Assembly: GCA_011191985.1 (NCBI GenBank)
Contig: DUEU01000062.1
Coordinates: forward strand, 1-56,555
Length of the DNA: 56,555 nt
Direction of reading: 5' to 3'
Source of the DNA: Dehalococcoidia bacterium
GTDB lineage: Bacteria; Chloroflexota; Dehalococcoidia; Dehalococcoidales; W111
Part shown: piece by piece, positions 1-8,848 of the stretch
Layout: the number at the start of each line of letters is the position of its first letter
Numbering within the stretch: position 1 is the stretch's first letter
Notes under the pieces: model-generated
What the model was told of the DNA's origin: nothing
The model's input: only the letters and a program-made list of their open reading frames with translations
Databases searched by the model: none
Made by a program: the position numbers and the translations under genes

Positions 1-3000
1 GCTTGGGTATGCTTCTGTCAATGGCCAGCGTATTAAATGCGTCCCGGGCCCGCCGGGAAAATTCCCGCATCGAGTCCCCATCCCTGCCTACCAGGTATAC
101 CAGCTCATCAAGCAACTCCTTATAGATGGCATCCGCCGCACCTGCATTTATCTCGTATGGGCGCTTCTCCAGGAGCATTTTCTGCATTGAATCAAGGATG
201 GTCAGCGCCCGCCAGGCATGAAGCCGGAAACCCCGCCCGAGGGCGGCTATATCGTTGTGGTAACCCTTCGTCTGGTCAAAGACGAGTACCGGCACTTGAT
301 GCAGGCCAAGCCCGTCAAGAATCAGCCGGTGCAGCCGATTGTACTGTCCAAACCGGCACGGGCCACTGGCGGCCGGCATGAAGAAGGCAGCATGGTCGGC
401 ATCAAAATCCGCCGCCAGGGTCTTTTTGACAATGTCGCCGGTGGTGATAATACTGGGATAACATTCTTTGCCAGTGGTGTATTTTCTACCCAGGTCCAGG
501 GTAAGGTCATCAGACTCGGGTAGCGGTTCGGCATCCGCCCCGCAGTGCCTCATGGCCGCCGCCGTTACGTAGCCGTGGTCTATCATATAGGGTATATAGA
601 TACGCCGCCGGTTAGTATGGTCGGATGAGATACTGATCATGGGGATGGGCATACTGGTGCCACTGGTTCTCGCGTTACGGATGGTATCAACAAAGGCCTC
701 ACAACGGGTAATGATACCGGCATCGGCGGAGTGCTCGTCAATTTCTATGGTCAGGAAGGGCTTGCCTTCCGTCTCCCGGCTGAAGAACCGCAGCAGATAA
801 GAGTCGGGGCCACAGGCAAAGTTTGTGATATAAAGGCCGAATAGCCGGGGGTCTCGGGCAATCATTCTGGCGGCGCACAGTATTTTCTGGCCCGCCTTCC
901 AGTACATATTGGGATGGTCAACACTGACCTCCCGGGCCAGTGATTCAATAGGCAGGAAATCCAGCGGTATGGCCAGCATACCCAGGTCACGCAGCTTTTC
1001 CGGCAGGCTCAGTGTCATCTCCGGGTCATAGGTGTTATAGGCCCTCCCGATGATGACGACCGCCTTTTCCTCGGGCTTGAGCTGGTCAAGAACCTCCTGC
1101 CCGCGCCGCTGTTGCCAGTCATTGAAGGAATCAAGTGCCTGGAAACCGGCCTGAATGGCTTTATCAATCCGGGCGGCTGAGGAAACTCCCGTCTTCCGGG
1201 CTACCCTCTTTAATGTCCTTCTCAGCCACGGGCGGCCCCGGTCGGGATGGATGACCGGTCTTAAGACCACCGGGGTTTTACCTGTAGGCGTGGCCAGGAT
1301 TTCCTTCACCCGCGCTGCACTGAACAGGATAAAGGGCAGGCTCTGGGTCAGCGGACAGTTCCAGGACTTGGCAAAGTCAGTAGATAGCTTCTCCATGGTG
1401 CACTGTACCGGCAGGAAGAGGAAATCGGGTTCCTTTTCCAGCAGGTTGATTACGTGCCCATGGGCCAGCTTTATGGGCAGGCACGGCTCTTCAATTACGT
1501 TCTCCACACCCTGCCGTACGATGTGTCGGTTGGTCGGGTCAGAAACCACCACCTGAAATCCCATTTCGGTGAAGAAGGCCTTCCACAGTGGAAAGAGTTC
1601 ATGAAAGAACAGGGCCCGGGGGATACCAACCGTCTTACCATTGGGAGATTCCGGAGATTCGCCGGGATAGGCATTAATCAGGGCTTCCTGGCGCTCGTCA
1701 AAGAGATGCGGAATGCGGGAAGACTGGCGCTGCTCCTTCTTTTCCGGGCTATCCCACAGGCCGCAGCGGGAGCCGTAGAAGAGGGGGGGCTCAGCGCCGA
1801 AGACAACCTTATGGATTTCACAGTGGTTGGAGCAGCTCTGGCATTCGAATGATGACAGCTCGTATTTTCTAGCGGCCAGGTCGAAGCCGCGGAAGCGGCT
1901 CTGCCGGCCATCAGTCTCGATTTCCTCTCTGGCCAGCATGGCGACACCGATAGCCCCGAGGATATCATGATGGGGCGGGACCCGCACCTTCTTACCGAGG
2001 ACGCTCTCAAAAGCAGCCTTTACCGCCCGATTGAAGGCGGTACCGCCCTGAAACAGAATGTGGTCGCCTACCAGGCGGTGCTCTACCACTTTGGTAAGGT
2101 AGTTTTTGACTACAGAATAGGCCAGACCGGCGACCAGGTTTTCCTTGGCAGCGCCTCTCTGCTTGTAGAAGTTTAGCTGCGATTCCATGAATACAGTGCA
2201 ACGCTCGCCCAGGTCGAGTGGTTGTGCTGAGGCCAGGGCCAAGGCGCCGAACTCCTCCTCGATGCTGATGCCCAGCTTCTCGGCCTGTTCCTCAAGGAAT
2301 GAACCGGTCCCGGCAGCACACACTTTGTTCATGGCAAAATCAACAATGGTACCGTTCTGGAGACTGATATATTTGGCATCCTGGCCGCCGATTTCAAAGA
2401 TAGTGTCTACCTCGGGGTACACGAAAGAGGCCGCCTTGGCATGGCTGGTTATCTCGTTTCGGATAACGTCGGCACCGAAGAACTCCCCGGTCATATATCG
2501 CCCGGAGCCGGTAGAACCGGCCCCCTTTATGACAACTTTGTCGCCTATCTCCTGCCCGACTTCCCGAAGACCACTCTTAACGGCTTCGATAGGCTGACCG
2601 GAAGTCATCAGGTAGCGGCGGGCCAGGACATTATTTTCCCCGTCTATCACCACGACATTGGTGCTTATGGAACCTATATCCACCCCCACATAGGCATCAA
2701 CGGGCTGCGGCTTATCTATCCTGACTGGCTCAATGTATATCGGATAGTTATCACCCTTCAAGGCCGGCAGGGTAACGAACTCGTGCCGCCGCCGGGTAAT
2801 ATAGTCCCGTATTTTCTGGAGACAATCTTCGGGCAAGATACCCGCGCCGTCGCCACCGGCGGCAGTTACTAGGGCCGCGCCCAAGGCACCTAGGACAGCA
2901 AAATGTTCCGGAATAATAAGCTCGGCCTCTCCCAATTGCAGTACTTCCAGCACCGCCCGCCTGATTCCCTTGTTAGCGGCCACGCCGCCCTGAAAAGAAA

Positions 3001-3646
3001 CAGGTGTATTCAAATTCCGGCCGCGGATTACCTGTCCTTTAAAGTTGCGTACCATGGCGAAGCACAAACCGGCGATTATATCGGGTACCGGTGTGCCTAC
3101 CTGCTGCAAATGAATCATGTCAGTCTTGGCAAAGACACTGCAGCGGCCGGCTACCCGTGGCGGCTGTTCTGACTTCAGGGCAATGTCGCCAAACTGTTCA
3201 ATGGGAATACCCATCCGGGAGGCCTGCTGGTCGAGAAAGGAACCGGTACCGGCCGCACAGGCACCGTTTATGGCAAAGTCAGTAACCTTCACGGAGGTGC
3301 CCGCAGACTCCTCACCCAGTACAATGAGCTTGGAGTCTTCACCGCCTATCTCAAGGATAGTCTTTACTGTGGGGTGAAATTGGGCTGTGCCCGTCGCCTG
3401 GGCAGTGATCTCGTTTACAAAGGGTATGCCAAGCAGGTCAGCGATAAGCTCACCGCCGGTACCGGTAGCGGCTGCTACCGTGAACCGGTCAGGCGAGTAT
3501 CTGGCCAGTATATCTTCAAGGATGGCAAGGGTCGTCTCTACCGGCTGCCCTCTGGTACGGGTATACCTGGTTTCAATAACATTATCCGCTCCGTCCAGTA
3601 CGACAACCTTGGCGGTTACCGAGCCAATGTCAATACCTAATTTCAT
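1..3646 (-). CDS. Activase-type fusion protein, C-terminus cut by the window edge (>1215 aa). Two tandem BcrA/BadF/HgdC-type ASKHA ATPase modules are fused to a Cys-rich dehydratase-component-like (DUF2229-like) region.
   Basis: Absent from the ORF track because it runs off the window. My translation of the minus strand from the ATG at 3646-3644 gives MKLGIDIGSVTAKVVV... The second module reads ...VDAYVGVDIGSISTNVVVIDG... Each module carries EIGG(E/Q)D and the cluster-ligand motif CAAGTGSFL. Downstream motifs are SFECQSCSNHCE, NFACGPDSY, GKECYPS and SGPCRFGQY. The frame has no stop where I translated it, including nt 61-2 (...FSRRARDAFNTLAIDRSIPK). Confidence 0.85.
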   Translation of the reverse strand, partial: MKLGIDIGSVTAKVVVLDGADNVIETRYTRTRGQPVETTLAILEDILARYSPDRFTVAAATGTGGELIADLLGIPFVNEITAQATGTAQFHPTVKTILEIGGEDSKLIVLGEESAGTSVKVTDFAINGACAAGTGSFLDQQASRMGIPIEQFGDIALKSEQPPRVAGRCSVFAKTDMIHLQQVGTPVPDIIAGLCFAMVRNFKGQVIRGRNLNTPVSFQGGVAANKGIRRAVLEVLQLGEAELIIPEHFAVLGALGAALVTAAGGDGAGILPEDCLQKIRDYITRRRHEFVTLPALKGDNYPIYIEPVRIDKPQPVDAYVGVDIGSISTNVVVIDGENNVLARRYLMTSGQPIEAVKSGLREVGQEIGDKVVIKGAGSTGSGRYMTGEFFGADVIRNEITSHAKAASFVYPEVDTIFEIGGQDAKYISLQNGTIVDFAMNKVCAAGTGSFLEEQAEKLGISIEEEFGALALASAQPLDLGERCTVFMESQLNFYKQRGAAKENLVAGLAYSVVKNYLTKVVEHRLVGDHILFQGGTAFNRAVKAAFESVLGKKVRVPPHHDILGAIGVAMLAREEIETDGRQSRFRGFDLAARKYELSSFECQSCSNHCEIHKVVFGAEPPLFYGSRCGLWDSPEKKEQRQSSRIPHLFDERQEALINAYPGESPESPNGKTVGIPRALFFHELFPLWKAFFTEMGFQVVVSDPTNRHIVRQGVENVIEEPCLPIKLAHGHVINLLEKEPDFLFLPVQCTMEKLSTDFAKSWNCPLTQSLPFILFSAARVKEILATPTGKTPVVLRPVIHPDRGRPWLRRTLKRVARKTGVSSAARIDKAIQAGFQALDSFNDWQQRRGQEVLDQLKPEEKAVVIIGRAYNTYDPEMTLSLPEKLRDLGMLAIPLDFLPIESLAREVSVDHPNMYWKAGQKILCAARMIARDPRLFGLYITNFACGPDSYLLRFFSRETEGKPFLTIEIDEHSADAGIITRCEAFVDTIRNARTSGTSMPIPMISISSDHTNRRRIYIPYMIDHGYVTAAAMRHCGADAEPLPESDDLTLDLGRKYTTGKECYPSIITTGDIVKKTLAADFDADHAAFFMPAASGPCRFGQYNRLHRLILDGLGLHQVPVLVFDQTKGYHNDIAALGRGFRLHAWRALTILDSMQKMLLEKRPYEINAGAADAIYKELLDELVYLVGRDGDSMREFSRRARDAFNTLAIDRSIPK

Positions 3647-3760
3647 AGAGCAAATTCAGCAGCGTAAAAGGATAGTCCTTTAAGCAGTCCATGATGCATC
3701 GTCTATCAATACAATAGACTATTTCTGCAGAGACTTCAAGCTCAGGTAGAGTAAATATCA

Positions 3761-3784
3761 GCCCCGTGTGGATAATAGCGGGGC
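3761..3784 (-). terminator. GC-rich hairpin 25 nt downstream of the CoA-transferase stop; a weak intrinsic terminator or processing site.
   Basis: GCCCCG (3761-3766) pairs with CGGGGC (3779-3784) around a 12-nt loop. On the minus strand it is followed only by a weak U-containing stretch (TGATATTTAC). Confidence 0.3.
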
Positions 3785-3808
3785 CTCAACTTTTATAACT
3801 TTACTCGC

Positions 3809-5050
3809 CTAGATTACACCTTTACTCTCTAAGGCAGCTATATCCTCGCCGGTGTAGCCCAGCTCTCGCAGCACTTCCTCATTATGCTGTCCGAGCCCCG
3901 GTGCTTCTCTATGCTGGCTACCACCTACCGCCCCAGGGGTCTTACCGAATTTGTATGGCAGCCCCACCATCTTAATATCGCCAAGCACCGCATGTTTGAA
4001 GGTAGTTATATAGTCGTTGGCCATGACCTGAGGATCATCGGCCAGGTCGGATATTGTATTGAGCCTTGAGTAGACAATGTCTGCGCCTCGGGATATGGCT
4101 TCGTCAAGGATTTGCAGCCACTCATTTCTCGGCCTGGTGATGATGATATCGTCCAGAATGGAGATAAGTTCTGCCGAATTAGCCCGCCTTGTCTCCTCCG
4201 ATACAAATCTCGGGTTGTTCTGCAGGTGCTGAATACCCATCACCCGGCAAAAGTCAGGCCAGCACCGGTCCGACCATAGCATGCCGAAGGCCAGCCATTT
4301 ACCATCGGCACACTTATAATGGTTCCAGAGCGGGTTCCCGGCCCTGGCCCTGTCGTGCTTGGCAAACTCGGCGCCAACCATGGTACTGGCCGTGACGTTT
4401 TGACTCTGAGCAGCAATCATACTACCCAGCAGAGATGCATTGACCTCCTGACCGATTCCCCGCTTTTCCCTCACCAGCAGGGCGATGACCACGGCATAGC
4501 TCAGGAATACGGCGCCTATCTCGTCGGATATCGCCCCGGCGGCGACCAGCGGGGGCATACCGGGCTCACCCAGGGAGGTCATGAGACCGGACCTTGCCTG
4601 GGCCAGATAATCAAAGCCACGGTGATTGCTATCCGGGCCATCCGGACCAAAGGCGCTGCCGGCCGCATATATAAGCTTGGGATTATACTGAGATAAGGTC
4701 TTGTAGTCCAGGCCAACCCTTGAAGTAACCTGCTGGCGATAATTGGTCAAGAAGACATCGGCAGTTGCCACCAGCCGGTAGACAATCTCTTTTCCTTCCT
4801 CTTTTGTGATGTCAACGGTGATGTCCCGTTTACTGCGATTGTTGCCCTCGAAAAAATAGTTGGGGCCCTCAGGCAGCCCCGATATTAACCTCCCCATAAC
4901 AGACATCATGTGGCGGCCACCTTCCCCCCTGCCCGGCGGCTCCATTTTTATAACATCGGCACCAAGGTCACCCAGCATCGAGCTTGCTGCCGGACCGAGC
5001 TGCCCTTCTGTCCACTCTATAACCCTGGTCCTGTCCAAAGGCAAAGACAT
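3809..5050 (-). CDS. Family III (CaiB/BaiF/Frc-type) CoA-transferase
   Basis: 413-aa ORF. N-terminal signature LGDLGADVIKMEPPGRGEGGR. SD-like AGGAAGGA lies upstream of the ATG. Confidence 0.85.
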   Translation of the reverse strand: MSLPLDRTRVIEWTEGQLGPAASSMLGDLGADVIKMEPPGRGEGGRHMMSVMGRLISGLPEGPNYFFEGNNRSKRDITVDITKEEGKEIVYRLVATADVFLTNYRQQVTSRVGLDYKTLSQYNPKLIYAAGSAFGPDGPDSNHRGFDYLAQARSGLMTSLGEPGMPPLVAAGAISDEIGAVFLSYAVVIALLVREKRGIGQEVNASLLGSMIAAQSQNVTASTMVGAEFAKHDRARAGNPLWNHYKCADGKWLAFGMLWSDRCWPDFCRVMGIQHLQNNPRFVSEETRRANSAELISILDDIIITRPRNEWLQILDEAISRGADIVYSRLNTISDLADDPQVMANDYITTFKHAVLGDIKMVGLPYKFGKTPGAVGGSQHREAPGLGQHNEEVLRELGYTGEDIAALESKGVI

Positions 5051-5168
5051 TCAACTATTCCTTCCTGTCAACTGACAGACATAATAGCCACCGCCATAGC
5101 GTTCGGTACCAAGAAACGACGAGCCTGCTAAACGGTAAGCCACTCTGGAAGCTACCGAATGCGCCGCG

Positions 5169-6614
5169 CTACTTGCCGATGAACTTCAGGATATTTTTAC
5201 CGGCAATACGACCGGAGTTGATGGCAAAGCCGGCACTCATCCCTGAAGAGTCCTTGATGCTGTAGCTGTCACCGTAGACACCGCCGGCATCAAAGCCACC
5301 CGCATAGAGCCCGGGAATAACCTCGTCTTTCTTATCCACCACCTCCGCCCGGTGGTTAATCTTGATGCCGCCCATCGTCCCCAAAAAGACAGTGCGCGTC
5401 TTCACAGCGTAGTATTTCGGCCCTTTCAGCGGCCACAGGTATTTCGGGTCCTTAGCAAAGAGGTCGTCATGGCCTTTCTCACAGAAACTGTTGTACTCGT
5501 CCACGGTGGCCCTTAGCACCGCCGGGTCCGTCTCTATCTTCCCGGCCAGCTCTTCGACGGAGTCCGCCACAAATATCTCCGTAGTCCCCTTTCCCAGGGC
5601 ATCATTAATCATATTATCGATGCCGACCGGCCGTGTTCCGGGGAGGTTATCCCAGCCTACATACCGGTCAATCCCCCTCTCAAGCAGGCGCTGCTTTATA
5701 GAATCATCGAATATGCTGAAGGTGTAGCCATCTTCTTTGTATCTCGCGTTGGCATTGCCCGTTGAGGTATCATAAAAGGCAATACCTTCATCGCAGAACC
5801 GCTCTCCATGCCGGTTTACCCAGAGGATAGGCTGGACAACCACCTTCTCAACCGGGTTCTTTATCTCGAACCCCGGCCCGGCGGGACCGATGCGCAGCAA
5901 CTCCAGGACACCCATCCCTTCCTCGGCGGCACCGACCTCCCAGGCCATGCGGATGCCGTCGCCCATCTTATCAACGTTACCAACGGGAAATACATTGACA
6001 TCCAGGTCGAACCCGGCATACTTTTTTATCCATTCTTTGTTGTTAGCATAGCCGCCGCTGGCGACCATGACCGCCCTAGCCTTCAACTGTATTTCTTCCC
6101 CGTTTTCTGCCTCGGCAACGACGCCGGTGATTCGGTCACCTTCTCTCAGTATCTTCTTTACCGGTGTCGCCGGTCTGATATCAACCCCTTTTTCTTTGGC
6201 GCTGGTAGCCAACGCTTTAACCACTGCTTCCCCGGTCCCTTTGACAACGTGGTATGTCTGGGGAGCGTGGGGTATGTTAATCCCGGCGTGGATAAACTCG
6301 ACCCCCTGCTTTTGCAGCCAGGTAACAGTCTCACCCGACTCATTAACGAAAGCCCTGACCAAACGGGCGTTGGCCCGCCAGTGGCTGTACTCCATGATGT
6401 TCTTGAAAGCCTCATCCCGGCTATAATCGATAAACCGCTGGCGCTGCATTTCGCTTTCTACGGCAAAGATACCGTCGAAGAAGTTAGAGGTCCCACCCAA
6501 AGAGCGCTGCTTTTCAAAAACTATAACCCTAGCGCCCCCCTCCGCCGCGGTTATCGCCGCAGCCAGGCCGGATACACCGGAGCCGATAACGACAACATCG
6601 GTCTCTATGTTCAT
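5169..6614 (-). CDS. Soluble FAD-dependent oxidoreductase, fumarate reductase/succinate dehydrogenase flavoprotein-like (FAD_binding_2 type)
   Basis: 481 aa. Dinucleotide fold DVVVIGSGVSGLAAAITAAEGGARVIVFEK...GGTS. C-terminal IPGLYAGGFDAGGVYG. No signal peptide, FMN-binding or cytochrome domain. GGAGGG SD upstream. Confidence 0.8.
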   Translation of the reverse strand: MNIETDVVVIGSGVSGLAAAITAAEGGARVIVFEKQRSLGGTSNFFDGIFAVESEMQRQRFIDYSRDEAFKNIMEYSHWRANARLVRAFVNESGETVTWLQKQGVEFIHAGINIPHAPQTYHVVKGTGEAVVKALATSAKEKGVDIRPATPVKKILREGDRITGVVAEAENGEEIQLKARAVMVASGGYANNKEWIKKYAGFDLDVNVFPVGNVDKMGDGIRMAWEVGAAEEGMGVLELLRIGPAGPGFEIKNPVEKVVVQPILWVNRHGERFCDEGIAFYDTSTGNANARYKEDGYTFSIFDDSIKQRLLERGIDRYVGWDNLPGTRPVGIDNMINDALGKGTTEIFVADSVEELAGKIETDPAVLRATVDEYNSFCEKGHDDLFAKDPKYLWPLKGPKYYAVKTRTVFLGTMGGIKINHRAEVVDKKDEVIPGLYAGGFDAGGVYGDSYSIKDSSGMSAGFAINSGRIAGKNILKFIGK

Positions 6615-6706
6615 AGCTTCCCTCCTATATCTTTATTGGAAATTATTGAATTATTGAGGATTATAGGTCATTATTCCGAAACTTGCAAAATAATAAGAGA
6701 CCTAGA

Positions 6707-8812
6707 TTAATAGTTTCCCCAGAATTTGACTGGCGTAATCTTCAGCCTCAGGTCACACTGCAAACAGCGCTTCGATTCATAGTCAGCCGCTTCCTCTTCC
6801 ATATCGCCGGCCACGGCACAGAAGCTCTCCAGCCGTTCCCTAGGCAGGATGCAGGAAACCTCATGGCGATTCATGGTGGCAAAGCCTTCCCCCGGCCCCA
6901 GGCATTTCTCGGGCTCTGATTGAGGGGCCAGTTTTTCGTCAATATTGCCACTGCCCTCGAGAAACCTATCAAGGGCAACGGCACCCTTTCTTCCCGAGGC
7001 GATGGCACTAATCAATGATGAAGTGCCATTCACAGCATCACCGGCGGCAAACACTCCTTCCCGGCTGGTGTCGAAAGTATAAGTGTCGACTTCAATTAGA
7101 CGACCGGCAGTAATATCAAGACCAAAGCCGTCCGGGACTTCTGGCCGCTGGCCAATAGCGAATATCACGGTATCAGCCTCCAAGACATGCTGGGAGTTTT
7201 GACGGACTTCGATTTCCAGATTTTTATCCTCGTCAAAGCTGAACGACTCGACATCAAGGAATTCCACGCCGGTAATGCTGCCGTTATCGCTCAGAATCCG
7301 CGTGGGGGTCCGGGAGGGGTGTATCGCAATCCCTTCCTCTTCTCCCTGGTCAATTTCATCACCAGCCGCGGGCATGTCGTCCCGACATTCAAGGCAGGCG
7401 ATATGCACCTGCTCGGCACCGAGCCGCCGCGCCACGCGGGCGCAATCAAAGGCAACATTGCCACCCCCTAGCACCACCACTCTTTTACCGATGGCCACCT
7501 TTTCCCCAATATTCACGTCTCTCAGGAAATCAATGCCTATCAATATATCATCAATATCAGCCCCGGGAATAGATAGTTTCTGCCCCTCATGAGTGCCCAG
7601 AGCCACCAGAACAGCGTCATAGCCTTCTGCAAACAACCGGTCAACTGATTCGATACGAGTACCGGTCTTTATCTCCACACCTGTATTTTCTATGTCTCTT
7701 ATCTCGCCGTCGAGCACATCCCGGGGGAGACGGTATTGCGGAATGCCGTAGCGCATCATTCCCCCGGCCAGAGGCAAAGCCTCAAATACGGTGATTGCGT
7801 GACCCTGGTTCGAGAGATAATAAGCCCCGGTCAGACCGGCCGGGCCAGAGCCGACAACAGCCACCTTTTTGCCGGTCGGCGGTTTTTTGGTTGAGTTCCC
7901 GGCCCATGACCTTGCTTCATCATGCTCAGCAGCAAAGCGTTTGAGTTCTCTAATTGATATCGGTTGATTTATTTCACCCCGGCGGCAGACAGCTTCACAG
8001 GGATGGTCGCACACATAGCCGAGCACCCTGGGAAAGGGCGCCTTTTCTCTTACCACCGCGGTTGCCGCGGAATAGTCCTTTTCCCTTATGAAACGAATAT
8101 ATCGCGGGACGTCTATCTCCGCGGGACAGGTGTACCGGCAGGGAATAAGGGCCATTTTCCGTTTTTTACCTTTTACCAGCTCTTCCTTGTCCTGTATCGC
8201 CCCCGTGGGGCAGACTTCAGCGCAGGCGCCGCAGAACCTGCAGCTGGAATCAGCCAGTGACTGGTCGTCAGCGGTACCGATGTATGTTTCTTTACCCCTC
8301 TTTTTATAAAACAGCACGCCCACCCCGCGCAGTTCGTGACAGGCCCTCACGCAACGGCCACAGGCAATACACTTGTTAGGGTCGTGGAAAAAGAGCGGAT
8401 TTCCCATATTTAGCGGGAACAGTTTTGAGCGTCTTCTTACGCTCAAATCCTCGCAACCAAGATACTGCTTGACCGACTGAAGCTCACAATTCAGGTATTT
8501 GTTGCATGAGCCGCAATCCGCAGGATGCCCGGCCAGCATCAACTCCATGGCCAGTCGACGCATATGTTCTACCTTCTCCGTCTTGGTCCTGACAACCATA
8601 CCGTCCGCGGCCGGCGTCGTACATGAAGTGGGCAGCCCTTCCACCCCTTCTATTTCCACAATACATAAGCGGCAGGCACCATTGGGGGAAAGGTCAGGAT
8701 GATGGCAGAGATACGGGATATATATTCCCGCCTCCAGGGCTGCTTCGAGTACGCTTTTACCCTCTTGCGTTTCAACGTCCCGCCCATCAATATTGAGTTT
8801 GACCGTTTCCAA
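6707..8812 (-). CDS. Multi-cluster iron-sulfur flavoprotein: NuoG/HydA-type N-terminus (2Fe-2S plus 4Fe-4S clusters) fused to a GltD/NfnB-type NAD(P)H oxidoreductase
   Basis: 701 aa with a TTG start (8812-8810) after GAGGAG. Motifs: CHHPDLSPNGACRLC (2Fe-2S), CIACGRCVRAC and CRFCGACAEVCPTGA (4Fe-4S), YVCDHPCEAVCRRG (GltD N-terminal cluster), VAVVGSGPAGLTGAYYL and VVVLGGGNVAFDCA (two Rossmann folds). Confidence 0.8.
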   Translation of the reverse strand: METVKLNIDGRDVETQEGKSVLEAALEAGIYIPYLCHHPDLSPNGACRLCIVEIEGVEGLPTSCTTPAADGMVVRTKTEKVEHMRRLAMELMLAGHPADCGSCNKYLNCELQSVKQYLGCEDLSVRRRSKLFPLNMGNPLFFHDPNKCIACGRCVRACHELRGVGVLFYKKRGKETYIGTADDQSLADSSCRFCGACAEVCPTGAIQDKEELVKGKKRKMALIPCRYTCPAEIDVPRYIRFIREKDYSAATAVVREKAPFPRVLGYVCDHPCEAVCRRGEINQPISIRELKRFAAEHDEARSWAGNSTKKPPTGKKVAVVGSGPAGLTGAYYLSNQGHAITVFEALPLAGGMMRYGIPQYRLPRDVLDGEIRDIENTGVEIKTGTRIESVDRLFAEGYDAVLVALGTHEGQKLSIPGADIDDILIGIDFLRDVNIGEKVAIGKRVVVLGGGNVAFDCARVARRLGAEQVHIACLECRDDMPAAGDEIDQGEEEGIAIHPSRTPTRILSDNGSITGVEFLDVESFSFDEDKNLEIEVRQNSQHVLEADTVIFAIGQRPEVPDGFGLDITAGRLIEVDTYTFDTSREGVFAAGDAVNGTSSLISAIASGRKGAVALDRFLEGSGNIDEKLAPQSEPEKCLGPGEGFATMNRHEVSCILPRERLESFCAVAGDMEEEAADYESKRCLQCDLRLKITPVKFWGNY

Positions 8813-8848
8813 AACTACTCCTCATTCCTACCTGGCGGCTATATACAG

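Noticed and set aside
5808-6710. A 300-aa plus-strand ORF.
   Set aside because: It lies entirely antisense to the well-supported FAD flavoprotein gene. Its translation is Pro/Gly/Arg-rich with no recognisable motif. This is the typical shadow ORF seen in GC-rich coding DNA.
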